A DNA stretch of 63,054 nt, filler included, from Sluysia triapertura (lineage: Eukaryota), in the NCBI GenBank assembly GCA_046118255.1. It is 5 parts of 5 records of this genome, joined end to end, with 100 filler letters (N's around TTAATTAATTAA, not from the genome) between each part and the next. Parts side by side here need not be neighbours in the genome. Positions count along the whole stretch, not along the records: positions 25,280 to 37,348 come from JBJNIA010142278.1; positions 37,449 to 51,407 come from JBJNIA010012760.1; 3 more parts are not named here. The stretch is one strand, 5' to 3'. Each line of letters begins with the position of its first letter. The first letter of the stretch is position 1. Positions 26,065-39,201 of the stretch are shown here, piece after piece. The notes beneath the pieces are model-generated. The model saw only the letters and a list, made by a program, of their open reading frames with translations, was not told the DNA's origin and searched no databases. Both the position numbers and the translations under genes were made by a program.

Positions 26065-26213
26065 GCCCAATCAGAGTATTTTAAGGAAACGATGAGAGCT
26101 AATGGAACTCTGATTGGGCGATGACATACAAAGTATTGTTCTGAATTACTAACCATCATCAGTGGTGAAGTATAGTTGACAAAATTAAATGAGATGTCAC
26201 TACTGATGATGGT
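26065..26213. promoter_or_regulatory. Two tandem inverted-repeat pairs, the first built from CCAAT boxes
   Basis: GCCCAATCAGAGT (26065-77) / ACTCTGATTGGGC (26107-19), a perfect 13-bp pair; ACCATCATCAGTGGTGA (26152-68) / TCACTACTGATGATGGT (26197-213), 16/17 match. Confidence 0.6.
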
Positions 26214-27868
26214 GGCAACAAATTTTAATTTAATTTATTTTTTTAAAAATAATTAATAATAGAAATTAATAAAAGTGCAATGATAGTAATAATAACAATA
26301 ACAATGACGACAACAATAATATTGTTATTATTATTATTTATATAAAATTCACATAAATCTCTTGAGCATCATTAAACATGATCTTTTCTGTTTATCTTTT
26401 TCTTTTCTCACATATAAAATGAAATAAAAAGGAGAAAGACAAATGTACTGTGAAGGAACAACAACAACTAAGTGTAAGATGTATCGTTTGTGGTTGTTGC
26501 TTAACAGTATAATAATGAAATCTTTAAAGTTATTTGAAATTTGTTTTGAAAACGTGTAATGGTTAAAGTTGTAAATGAATGAAGAATGTTAGAATAATTT
26601 GTTGAAACTTATTAAAAAGTTTATGGTTTGAAAACAAGATTTATGCATTAGATTTGATGGTTTAAAATGCTTATTAAAAGATTGAAATTATTTTAATTTT
26701 GAATGATGATTACAAAATAAGTCTTAGTATATTATAATGTTATTGCGAGTATTTGTGAATAATGCATAGTGTAACTGAAATGAATTTAGGTCGGTGTTGT
26801 GGATTGGAGTTTTAAATGGAAATTACATATGTTTGTGAGGTATTTGTTGGGATTAATTAATAATGCTATTATATTCATGACTTGTGAAGTTTATATTATG
26901 ATTGCGATTTGTTTATCGAAATATTTGGTGAATGAATGTTATGAATTGCTTTAGCTGAATGTTGAAGTTTGTTATGTTAGAGATGGTTGTGATATTAGTT
27001 GATTTGTTGGTGTATATGAGTTAATGAGGTATTGTGATTATCAAATGTTGTTTTATGATGTTTATGTTGGTGTACCTTGGGAGTAGAAAAATATGATTAT
27101 TGAGAAATTGTATTTTAGTGAAATTGATTTATAAATATTAGATTTGGTATTTTGGTTAGGTTGAAATTATGAGTGTTGACCACTACAAGCACAATGTTAT
27201 GTTTATGTTCTATATCTTTTTATAGATGATAAATTTACGTAACCAAGGAAATATAAATGGAAAAGGGTCAGTGGACCAAGGGAAACAGAAATAAAATATA
27301 TAATGTTCAGGAAGTATGGGCAAAGTAACAGAATAATGTATTTCATGAAGTGTTAGAATTTTGAATGAACTGAAATTAAATCTAGCTTTGTAACAAATGG
27401 CAGGAATTTATTTTCATCAATAAATATAAATAGTCCCATGATTTTATCTATAACTTTAAAAGAGGAATTATCTGCTCAATTATTGAATAAAAACTAAAAC
27501 AAATATAATTCTTGTTAAATAAATTAAATATATCATAAACGTGCAGCATATAAAATTGATAAAATTCGAAACCCTTACTAAAATATATTGTCAGTAGCAT
27601 TGAAAAAATTAGACACATTATGAAACAAGTTGAGAAGTAATGAATTTGATAATAAACTTTCCAGAAGTTCTAGAATAATTTCTTGATTTCCGAATTGCAC
27701 TTTAGACTTAGGAGAACTTCGATTTCTTGATTTCTTAATCATATTTGTTCGTTTAAAATGTTTTGTATGGATTAGCAGTTGTTTTGTAATTATATTTACT
27801 TGCATAGTACCACTATGCCCTTTAGAAAAACGACTATAGTGAAGTATCTAATTGTAGCGAAATCACAT

Positions 27869-28210
27869 AAAATTCATCACACTTCATCACATAAAAACAC
27901 TTCACATGTACACAGATTATTAAACAAACTAGTAAACTCATTCAAAAAATAAACATAATTATCGCACATAATTATCATGAACTACAGCTATTGTTATTAC
28001 AATTCAAATCGTATTAAACTATATATAATAATTATAGTCATTATTATATAATATGATTATCAAATAATAACTTTTATAATAAATTTCACAATAAATTTCA
28101 TATAAACATCAACAATTCAGTATTAATAAACATAATAACTACGTTATAGTTATCATTATTATTTCTTTTATCCTTATTATCAATCTTTCTTTTTATTCTT
28201 TTGTTTTCCT
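27869..28210 (+). repeat. Dispersed repeat, counterpart of 10385-10722
   Basis: Direct sequence similarity. Confidence 0.9.
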
Positions 28211-28643
28211 CATTACTACACAATATATTGATCTCGATCATACTATTCATACCAATTAAGAAAATGTTTATAAAAGGAAAAAGTAAAAACTTATTGTTCG
28301 AAAGTGTGGATGTGTATTCATATTTTATCCTCGATCATTCATACCAAACTCAACGCTACCTTATTGTAGCCGAATGTGGCCCAGCATAGACCGAGACAAG
28401 TCCACTCAACGATTAACATGTGTTGACCAACAATTGGCAGCAAAAGATGCTCCAGAAATGATACAAGATTATTTAGAAAAGATCATTACAAATTTATTTA
28501 TTAAATGATTTTTAGAAATTCTCCTTTAAAATTGACATCTATACAATATACAATATACAATATACAATAACTGCATATTTTTTTAGAGAAATTATAAACT
28601 TTAATGCTTAAACAATTGTATGTTAACTTTAATTTATATAGAA

Positions 28644-29143
28644 ATGTTTTGAAAGTGCTTAATATTGAATTTCCTGAATTCGAGATTTACGAAAATAAAT
28701 GTATTTTACTCAACAGTTAAAATTAAACAACGAAACCGTGTTGTTGGATTATTTGAAAGAAGAATTAGTTTCTAGAATGACAAGTAGAATATTTGATGTC
28801 AAACGATGCTTTAATGTTGTCATAGATTTTGAATGTGGACGTGGTTATCTTAAAAAAAACACTTAAATTCAGATTATGTTAAAAATTTCTTTATGAAGTC
28901 GACAGTACAGAAAATTTATTAAAAGGTGTTAATGATATTGAAAGTGAAATCCCTCATGACAATATATTAACTAAAGTTGAAAATCTTCCTTTTGAACATA
29001 ATTTTATAAATTCAGTTATATCTTATTTGCACTTACATTGGATAAATAAATTACCAGGAATTCTACGACAAATACTAAACAGTTTGGTGCCAGGTGGTTG
29101 TTTTATGGGCGTATTTTTTGAAAAAATAATAAAAAAATACTGA
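28644..29143 (+). pseudogene. NDUFAF5: NDUFAF5 (complex I assembly factor, SAM-methyltransferase fold) pseudogene, 3'-truncated
   Basis: INVFYSTVKIKQRN / DYLKEELVSRMTSRIFDVKRCFNVVIDFECGRGYL / ENLPFEHNFINSVISYLHLHWINKLPGILRQILNSLVPGGCFMGVFF is colinear with NDUFAF5. TGA at codon 3, three frameshifts, DLGCGRG motif changed to DFECGRG. Confidence 0.88.
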
Positions 29144-29584
29144 GATCCAAAAACATACAGAATGTGATAACACAATTTACTACAAATCAAATATGTACAA
29201 ACTGTTATATCAGTACTTTGACTGCTCTCCTCTTTATCCAATAATTTCTTTTTCCTTAAAGGAAAAATAAATAAAATAAAATTAAAATAATAAAAACTTA
29301 TTGATACATTTAATATTTTAAAATCGATATTGAAGAAGATGTTTCATTATGAAAGTATTATGTCGTATTACAGCTTCGTTATTTTATTCATTTTGTTGTT
29401 ATCTAAATATGAATATCCAAAATATGCTTTGAAATATGTTGTTTTCCGTCATTAATATTCATTTTTATTATGTGTATCGATAAAGCTCCCAGGTTCATAT
29501 TCTGGTTTTAAGTATTTGATAGAGGTGAATTCGAGTTATGTTTTAAATTCTCGTTTAATCATGCATGTCATGTAATCTATTGTA

Positions 29585-30527
29585 TTCAGTTGGTGTAGCA
29601 TTAGGAGGAATAATAACATTTGTTAATGTTTATAATGCAAATAATTACAATAAAACATATGTAAAAATTGTGGCAACAGTATATTTAGTAAATCTCTTGG
29701 CGACACTATAACCAATGCTTGGTATTGGTTATTTATCATATATTAAACGCATGAAAATGGGAACAGTAAAACTGTCCAGATACGGTTTATATGGCTCTAG
29801 ATATTACAACTTTTTTGCATTAATTTTTATTAGTCTAATGACTTTATAATTTGCTAGGATTAATTCGTATTTTAATAATATGTGTGTATGATTGGATACC
29901 ACTATTGTGCATAACAAGTAAAAAAATTGGATTTTATTTCATTGTTTTTTTCACGATACTTTATTTACTTAATATATTCATAGTAATACCTCAAGGTCAC
30001 ATATATAAAGGAATACTTGATCAGATTATATTAAATATCACTTGTCCTTTAGTGGTAGCCTTGGAAATTTCACAATTTATCATTTATACATTTAACAAAA
30101 ATATTAAAGTAAAAGTGAAAGAAAAAATACCTCATCGTAAAACAATTATTTATTACTTGCTGTTTTTATCCTATTAATAATGTCGATGATTAGTTTCTAC
30201 GGTTTGATTCAAATTTTGTGTCGAGAAAATATAAACGAATCTTAGCTTATTCACTTAAATTATTCGGATTTGCGTCGCACAGTTGTAGATAAATATTGGA
30301 TAAATGTTGCTCAGATATTTTTTATTGTATCATTAAGTCCATTTTTCATTGGTGTTTTGTATTCATACTATGTACACAGTAAAGCCTTCAATTACATTAA
30401 TTATTCCAGAATTAATTTAACTTCTCATTTTCAATTTATATTGATAATTGTTACCAGCAGTCATTTCTTAATAAACAATATTTTAATGCCTATTACTCAT
30501 CATCTATTATTCGTTTTTGAAACATAG
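29585..30527 (+). pseudogene. Degenerate multi-pass membrane (7TM/GPCR-like) pseudogene
   Basis: Successive hydrophobic segments with GPCR-like spacing (GVALGGIITFVNVY; KIVATVYLVNLLATL; FFALIFISL..LLGLIRILII; IGFYFIVFFTILYLL; IILNITCPLVVALEI; IFFIVSLSPFFIG), interrupted by stops and frameshifts. Confidence 0.4.
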
Positions 30528-31421
30528 TATTGTACTGTCAATATTCGTATCACCAGTAACTCCATTCTCTAGATTCTTTGCTTATAATGATGTGATGTAT
30601 TTTATTGTATAAATAAAATCTCAAATTGTCATTTTATTAAATTCGTTGCTTTTTAGACATTAGGCCTAGTTCTTTGAGAAAAATTTTGTATTTCACTAAT
30701 TGTTTTTAAATTAAAGTTCGATGGTTTTTTGTTAATTACATTGTAAATTTTTTAATACATATTCGAAAATAAATAGAATTAAACATAATTTAGTAAAATT
30801 AAATAGAACAAATTATAATTTATTAGAATTAAATTACTTAACGCCCTCCACAACTTTGTAACAGTGCTCTATCGTGTTATATTGAGTTACTACATTTTGA
30901 CTTCATTTCTTTTTCTTACAACAGCAATACACACTATAATTCAGCCTCATAAAGTTTTACTTATTTATTAGGCAGAACTTAAAAATAAAGTATGGGTGAT
31001 AATGTTTTCTGTTCACTGACCACATGTGACGGCTGTCAACTGTCCATTTTTGGTCGTGAAGGGAATGACGTTGAAACTCATTAAACATTGTGTTCATTTA
31101 TAATTAATTATTCCTATTTTATTTTTAAATCTTGCTACTATAAACTTTTTATATACATAACATCGTAATGAATTTTCTTAGTATTTATATTATGCATAAC
31201 CAGTAGCTAATTATATACTTTTATTTTCAGACAAACTCCATCATCTTCACTTCGTTTTACTTTACGTTCGTTTTAGACGCTCTATCCATACATATTATGC
31301 TTTGGCTATACCTTGCAGGCATAGATTTCATTTTATCTGTCTTATTTTTTTGTTTGAAACAGCCCCACTCATTTTTCTTCTTGCCCTTTGTGCCGCAATA
31401 CAATTAAGGAATGTGAGATAT

Positions 31422-31578
31422 TGTTAAACTTCGTAAAATGGACTGACCGGGGATCGAACCCGGGACCATCGTCTGCGCAGTCGATGCTCTACCACTGAGC
31501 TATCAGCCCCGTCTAACAATTTCATTTTTATTAAATTCAATTTTACCAAATGGCACTTTTAGACCTTTTACCCCAACA
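31422..31578 (-). mobile_element. 157-bp TGTT...AACA element with 4-bp TSD (ATAT) carrying a tRNA-like cassette (copy 2)
   Basis: On the minus strand it starts TGTTGGGG and ends GTTTAACA; ATAT at 31418-31421 and 31579-31582. Confidence 0.82.
31439..31509 (-). tRNA. tRNA-Ala-like sequence with aberrant anticodon arm
   Basis: GGGCTGA TA GCTC AGTGGTA GAGC A TCGAC TGCGCA GACGA TGGTC CCGGG TTCGATC CCCGG TCAGTCC A TTTT: intact A and B boxes, G3:U70, A73 and T4 terminator; 6-nt anticodon loop and an A.A mismatch in the stem. Confidence 0.8.
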
Positions 31579-32685
31579 ATATATTATAAAAAGATTTTTC
31601 GTCGTTCCTACGAATTTACCATTAAATACACTACATAATACTCTAAATACACTAAATACACTTCTATAATAGTAAAACATGACCTTCAAGAAAACTGCAC
31701 TATAGACATTTTCTAACCTGTTGATACAACAAAGGTCCATGTCTTATATAATGGTTTTCAAGTTCATAAACTTGATTATTCACAAGGACTGACTAATATT
31801 TGCGAAATATTATTTTATTTATGATTTAATATTATTGTTATTATTGTTTAAGAAATGTATATTTTTATTTAAATATTATTTTTATTATAAATTAAAATAT
31901 TATAAATTAAAATATTTAATAAATTGATATAATTATAAATAAGAAATCCCAATATAAAAATAACAAGTTGTTTAAATTAATCAATGACAATTTTTACAAT
32001 ATGGCGATTCCTACTATTTAAATACGTGAATTTGGAAATTACAACAGAAGAAAAAATAATATTTTACAAGACAAGAGGAATTTAATTTTGAAATAATTCG
32101 TCAGCAAGAAAACATTAGAAATTTCCTGAATTTGTATCCATGTAGAAGTAATATTTTTATTACTTAAAATCATTTTTCTTGATCCTAGACCGTAAGTGGC
32201 TAGGTTAAAATCTCTATAAAATCGAAATTTTCTACGGCTAAGCACTGGGCTTAAGTCAGTAAAATATTTATCTATATTATAACAAATTATTTTTTGTAAA
32301 CTATTTCACTTGTTGCTGTATATTGTATTTTTTTCTGTGAAATGAGGTCAAAAAAGCAGGTTTTTTGTTTTTATTTATAATATTGATAAAGTAGAAATCA
32401 CAATATAAACTTTAAAAACATAAAAAATTGAAAAACGTTAAACGCACTAAATTCGAACTAGCATGCAATAAATATACACTAAGCTCAATGAAATACAAAC
32501 TTGCGAGAAGGTAAAGGCTCTAGATAAAAATATAAACAAAATATTTATAAGTGGTGAGAGGTACTCAGGATAGCGCAAATCGGAACACATTTGATGCGCG
32601 ATAGGGTCTCGTTCGAGATGCTTAAGTGGTTAATAAAATTATTATTTATCTAAATTTTTAAAATTTTAAAATCATCCATATTTGG

Positions 32686-32757
32686 CCAGACCGTAAAAGG
32701 CTGGCTCAACATCTAAAATCTAAAACTAATTGTCAGACCGTAAAAGGCTGACTTAAA
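32686..32757 (+). repeat. Duplicated motif CAGACCGTAAAAGGCTG(G/A)CT; related copies at about 32185 and 58174
   Basis: Direct; downstream sequence at 32860-32930 also resembles 58295-58350. Confidence 0.7.
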
Positions 32758-33751
32758 TTACAACTCACACAAACGTAACATTAGAAATTTTTTGTTTTAA
32801 CGACAATTTTCTGAATAGCAGTTTTCTTTTGCTTGCAAAATCTAATTAGGACGTCTTCGCTCAGATGTAAAGCGTGCCTAATTAGTCGAACTAACATTCT
32901 GAAAATATTTTGATAGTTAGGTTACTTTTAGGTTAAAACCACAGTAAGATCTACCATTTTAATTTATACCAGAGATTGACTTTTAGCCAAATAAATATTA
33001 GAAAATTTTTTAAATTAAACATATATTATTAATTATTTTACATTTTAAATTAGATTTTCCTAAAAAAATTAATAATCACCATATAATATAAATGTAAAAT
33101 GTAATAATATATAAACATAATGCTCATTTTTCATTTTAAAATAAACTCATTTTAAATAAAATAATTGTTAAAATATAATTTTTAATTATCGTTTTTAATA
33201 ATATAATTGTTAAAATATAATATTCAAACATATTCATTTTTAATAAAATAATGGTTAAGAGATTATTAAGATTATAGTGCTTTAGTATCAATTTAAAATG
33301 AGATTACATACAGCTAATATAAATTCAAAATTAAATTTAAAGTGAAAATGTAGAAATAATCACTTTAAAGTGAAATTCTATAAATATAATTGAAATTAAA
33401 ATATATAAACATCAAACCTTATTATTGTAGTCAGTAAATGATCTTAAATTAAGAATCAATAATAGTAATATGAAATCGACTTTTAAGAACATAAAATCCG
33501 ATCATAATTATCTTAAAAACATAAGATAAATAAAAACATATAAGACAAATAATATTTAATCAAAATTTAAAAACACTATAATCGAATAAAATCATACTAA
33601 CCTGAGATTGGATATAATTAATGTGTAATTAAAAATTAACATTATTAATTTAAATTAAGTCATAATAGTATATGCGCAATACAGTTAATATATAATATAT
33701 TTAATACAATTAATATATTTCAAAATTAGTACATATGTAATATAGTTAATG

Positions 33752-34110
33752 CAGGGGTCATTCTAAAATTTTTTTAAAGACTCACAGCCGCATACATTAT
33801 TTCTAAAAAAAATTTTGAAATTACATAAAAAGAAAGTAATTTATTCAGAAACAATACTAACATAAAAATTGCTGTCAGTAGCTGCCTTGATTTTGAGCAT
33901 CAGAAGCTAATTTTTTAAAATCAGGTTTTTGTGCGGATACCATTGTCTCACGTTTGCCTCAAGATTTTTGTTTGTCAATCGCGTTCTGAATTTATTTTTC
34001 ATATAATTCATATTAGAAAGGCTGCTTCGCATACATAAGTACTTCCAAAAGGCACCAGAATAATCCGAGCTAACTCTCTTGTGGATTTCCATATTTCAAG
34101 TAAATCAATT
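33752..34110 (-). mobile_element. hAT (Buster/Charlie/GTF2IRD2-like) transposon 3' remnant
   Basis: LVPFGSTYVCEAA / SNMNYMKNKFRTRLTNKNLEANVR matches the hAT C-terminal dimerisation domain; CAGGGGT terminus at 33752. Confidence 0.88.
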
Positions 34111-35267
34111 CCGGTTTCAAACTTTTTAACAATTAAATCATTTGCTTTTCAACTTTATATTAAGCCAGAATTTATACTATAATATTAATTTATACTTATT
34201 GAATAATTTATTTGCAATAATAACATCATTAACCCGTACACATATACAAAATTCTCAACATTCACAAAACACAAAAAAGATCAGTAGTGGAAATAAATCT
34301 TTCGCGATGCAGAATAACAGTCAAGGCAAAATTAACAACTCCTTTAACAAAATCTAACTATTAAGAGGAAGAAACTATCAATAATGGATATCCTACAGGA
34401 GTTGAACTCATCTAAATTAGATAACAATTGCATCATTAATCAGTTGATTTCTAAAGTAAGAATTGATTTCTTTATTCTGGACAAAATAAATATCTTTAAT
34501 TTAAATTTTTTTTCACTAATGTTACCTATGAATTATATCACATTATTAAAGTACATTATATTAAGCGTTTGTTTGATTTTTTTCTTTTTAAATAACAGTA
34601 AACTCATTATATTTTCCGTGAAGGGTTGATAGTAGAACCCACACCATTAAATTACATCAATTAAATAATGATAATATCTGAAAGAATTAAAAAGATTAGG
34701 ATTAATCCACATCTTAATTGCAGAATATATATCGAAATTTAAACATTGAAAAGCTGATAATTTTATTCAGCTCTTCCATTTCAGACCATCGAAACGAATA
34801 TACGATTTCACACTTCTAGATAAGGTGAATCTAATATAAAGTACAAATAATGCTTGTAGAATAAGACAATAAAAGGAGTTTATACTAGTAGAAGCTTGTA
34901 CCTTCAAATAAATCTTAATATTATTAGAAAAGTCAGGTTATTATATAAGTAAAGAAATTTAAATTGTTACTAAAAACTAAGAGTTATATAAACGAGAATT
35001 AAGAATCAATTGAAGCACATTCAAATTCTACGTAAGTTCAGTAAGGCAATTGAAGAAGCAAAATAACAATACATATAATTTTTAAATATTTAATCATTCG
35101 ACTAAAAAAGTTTTACTAGTTTTTAGCAGAAGCATTTTATTTACAAGGCTAAATTTTACATAAATATAAAATTAAAAAATAAAACAAATTACTTTACTTA
35201 AGTAAAATACAAAACTTCTAATAATTAGTACTAAATTTTATTTATTTTTGTTTTTATTTAATTGTTT

Positions 35268-35414
35268 TTATTTGCGTGTCAAGAATTTAGTAATAGCATT
35301 TGAACATTCTTTTGACAACCACCGTTCCGAAAGCCTTCCGCATTCGAGTCTATTTACTTTGTGCAATTCTGCTCGAATTGGACCTCGCAATAACTCCTTA
35401 GCGTGGATAAATGT
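35268..35414 (-). CDS. ECI2: Enoyl-CoA delta isomerase 2, last coding exon
   Basis: tttcag| then TFIHAKELLRGPIRAELHKVNRLECGRLSERWLSKECSNAITKFLTRK*; matches the ECI2 C-terminus [42 protein letters not shown]. Confidence 0.85.
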   Translation of the reverse strand, partial: TFIHAKELLRGPIRAELHKVNRLECGRLSERWLSKECSNAITKFLTRK

Positions 35415-37348
35415 CTGAAATTATTATATATTGAGTTTGGTCAAAGATGTGACTAGCTTGTAGTATAATAAAAATATTTAAAAAAACAAATCACTATGAT
35501 GGATTGTATTTATTAATTAAATGTTTAGAACATATTTAAATTAAAATAAAGATACGGAGAAAACCCTCTACAAGATTTTACTCGTGAAAATATTAAATTA
35601 CATTTGTTAATTAATTTAATTAAAAATAGTTTTGATTTAATAATTTTATGAAAGATGCCTGCACATGAAAAAATGATATATGAACAAAAGTATAATGCCG
35701 AAATTCATCAGTATTACTAATGTATTACTAATTCATTAGTATTACGTCACGCATAAAGCGTAAAAATTATTTATTTCAATTAATTTTCTATATTGTAAAG
35801 CTTAAACATAATCAAAGTATATATCAAATTAATACTCACTAAATCATATAGGTTATTGAAATCGAGTAATGTACTGTTTTAAAATTTGTGGAAACGAAAT
35901 TTTACATTTTATTGATTTATCTTTAAGTTGATATATTATTAAAACAGTAAACATTAATATGATAGTCATGTTAAATTTTAATTTTGCCACAAGGTAACGA
36001 GATTGTTTGTCGCAAATTCCATTACTTATCATTAAATACTGGAAATGATAAATTGGATGTCAACAGAAATTCGACGAAATTATCGTCGAAATTTAATTAT
36101 TAAAATTGGTCAGCTTGTAAACAACTCGAAAGAAAAAGTAATTATACTACGTAATTACATCTACATTCCAATTTTTAATCTTCTCAGCAATTATCTAACT
36201 ACTATATAAGCGGTCGGAATTTTGTCAAATATTCATAAAGTAACAGAATAAGCTGGTAACGATAAAATTTCAATAAGAAAGCTGCTTCAACACATTTCTG
36301 ATTGAAGAATTATCTTTAGAAACTGACTAAATTCTGTAACAATATTTTTATTGTTTTTGTTTAAGTAATCATCCTTCTGTTAAATACAGGCATTAACATT
36401 TCGCGTATTGTGACATACCTGGAATTCTAGTATTATATTTTGTTATTTGATTTTGTAAATACATTAATTTATAACTGAGAATATTGAGAGTATATTGTGA
36501 TTAAAGAATAAGTAATGATTTATATTTGTTTTGTGATTATTGAAAATATATGGAGATTTAAGACTAAATTAATTAAAATTATTGTTTATAATTTTAAATA
36601 AAGACAACATTTAATGTGGTTCAAGTAATAAATTCTATTAATAATAATTACCTTTTTGGTCAACGAAATATATTGCTATTTATTTTTAATTGTTTTAATT
36701 GTATTATTTATGACTTTAATCTATTGTTAATAATTATATAAATAATTTTTAAAAACAAATAAAATGAAATTCGACAAAAAATTTACAAAATTATGACATC
36801 CAAATTAAATAAATTAAATAATAATAATATTATTATTATTATTGTTATTACTAAATCATTAAAATTATGCAAATAATTTTAAATATCTATTATAAAATAA
36901 ATCAAAACGAAATGCATTGCATTTACTTTAAAATATCTTATTATAAAAGGTAAAGTAAACTAAAGAATTTTCTTCATAACCTTAAAAGTATTCATAAGCA
37001 TTAAAAACGTTTAGAAACACCTTTAAACAGGATAAAAATCAGAGGTTAATCACAAACGTAAAGAAAGTAGCTAGGGATCCGTCACAGTTAATTAGAAACT
37101 ATAAATATTCACGAATTAAACGTAAACGTTAATAAAAGATGGAAAAATCGCTAAAAATTGAATACTAAAATAAATAAATACTAGGTAATAAAAGTACATG
37201 ATTAATAGTATAATACAGATTGTACTTAACTATAATAATACTTTAAAAATGCATGGGAAAATAAAAATCTATAGTATGATTTATATAATTAATTATTACA
37301 AAGAAAACTGGCTACATAACCAAGGTATAAAATCAAATACACTATATT

Positions 37349-37448
37349 NNNNNNNNNNNNNNNNNNNNNNNNNNNNNNNNNNNNNNNNNNNNTTAATTAA
37401 TTAANNNNNNNNNNNNNNNNNNNNNNNNNNNNNNNNNNNNNNNNNNNN
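37349..37448. other. Artificial contig-joining spacer
   Basis: Same 100-bp structure. Confidence 0.98.
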
Positions 37449-37494
37449 ATATTATTCTCATAGTAGGATTAATATAATAATAATATACACGAAT

Positions 37495-37737
37495 AAAAAG
37501 ATAGTGCAGTAGTGTCGATGAAGTGACAATAAGCGTTACATGTTAAAAAGTATTAGTAAAGTGATTTTGATAACAAAATTTTATTATATGTTTGTAATCT
37601 GTCTGAGATAAGGTGTGATACTGCGGATATTGTAAGTGTGTTTTATTTTGATGTGATTTGTTTGTGATGTGTTGGTGTAGTTGATGGTAATAGTGGATGA
37701 AATATGTGGTATGTGTTGTAGTGTGACACTACAAAGT
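37495..37737 (-). repeat. G/T-skewed repeat; inverted diverged copy at 51150-51387
   Basis: tagtgcagtagtgtcgatgaagtgacaataa and gtgttgtagtgtgacactacaaag match the reverse complement at the other end of contig 4. Confidence 0.85.
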
Positions 37738-38683
37738 ATCAAATATTTACTTAAGAAACAGTTATTTAATAACGTTTTTTTTATTCATATACAATAGCTT
37801 TCGAGACTATTGTTAGTTTAATTAATATTTAGAATAACATTTGAAATAATAAAATCTTTTGAAATTTATTATTAGTAGATAACAATATTACACTTTTAAA
37901 TCTTACTTCTTATCAAAATTATTTTATTTGTAGTTTTGTCCGTTTAACAATAAAGGGAGTGAAATTGAACGCACTTCCTTTCTTACACCAGAGACGATTG
38001 AACGACAACATCCAATTATCACAAACCCGAGTTTAGTAATCCAAAGACAGATAGTAGTAATAAGAAATAAACACAAATTCCAGCTTTAAGCACACATATA
38101 TCACTTAAAGATATTAATAATCTAACAATAACAAAAGTTTTAAATTTGAAAACTTATCACCAGAAAATATCCTTTTAGATGTAACCATAATCACTCTGGC
38201 AATAAATTTAATAACTTCACTCAAGATTCAATTTTTCGATAAAAGAAACTTTATTATCCACTTCAACATGATCAAAGAACACAATTCATAACCATTAAAA
38301 TTTATCATTCCATTTTAATTTAAAATAATAATCTCTATTAACATGTTATGATTAACAAGAAAGTAATTTTTGTAACAGATTTTAGATTTAAATCACTATA
38401 ATCAGTCTCTAGACTTCACAAATGAATAACCAAATTAAATTTTGACAAGTTATACCTAATACATCGCATATTAGACAATCATTTACTCAATTTTTGTCTA
38501 TTCATTTTTAATTCCTTTCCAAAAAACATGAATAATATAAATTATACAAAATAATTTTAAAAAATTTTAATTAGTAATTATTTCATCATTTCAAGTATTA
38601 ATAACATTTGCAGCATCCTGCAAAAAAACCTTATTGTAATTAGTGAAAAACCTTATGCAGCTAAATTAAATTAAAATTCTAAC

Positions 38684-39201
38684 CAAATCTGTATATTCAT
38701 TATTTTCACATTTTACTTCATCGGCTCTAGGTGAAAAATCGTGTTGAAATATGTTTGGATGATTTTTTAAATGAATATGATGCAAAAATATTCTTTTATC
38801 TAATTTAATATTGATTAATTTACAATCAAACCAATCAGTAAATTATAGACTTCTTGGACATTAATTACTTTTTTCATTGATTCCAAATCAAATAATTTAG
38901 ACCAACTAATCTCTTCAGCAAAATGCCAATGAAAATAATTATCTAATGATGGTAAAATTACTTCTATGTCAGAAAATTCTCTTTTTATCAACCTAAATTA
39001 TATAAACTTGTAAAACAGCTTAACTAACCGTACCAAATTTATAATTCTAACATAAACATCACGTTTTAAATTAAACCCTTCAACTTCTGTCACATCATAC
39101 AACAAATACCTATAATTAATAGAAATAATAGCACAATTTTACTTTGTTGAAAAAATACATTTAAATAAAAACAAAATTACATAAAACGTCAAAAAATTCA
39201 T
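38684..39201 (-). CDS. POFUT2: GDP-fucose protein O-fucosyltransferase 2, 5' four exons (39201-39143, 39109-39029, 38992-38832, 38799-38684)
   Basis: Signal peptide MNFLTFYVILFLFKCIFST, then KYLLYDVTEVEGFNLKRDVYVRI and VILPSLDNYFHWHFAEEISWSKLFDLESMKKVINV (POFUT2: [46 protein letters not shown]). GT-AG introns of 33, 36 and 32 nt keep the frame. C-terminal exons not found. Confidence 0.92.

Noticed and set aside
26450-27190. G/T-skewed tract as a LINE ORF on the minus strand
   Set aside because: No endonuclease or reverse-transcriptase motif could be read.
32686-32757. Short direct repeat with spacer resembling a CRISPR unit
   Set aside because: Only two units, no cas genes, eukaryotic context; part of a dispersed repeat.
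36068-36094. Hairpin TTCGACGA-AATTA-TCGTCGAA as a Helitron 3' end
   Set aside because: No CTRR terminus follows at the expected distance.
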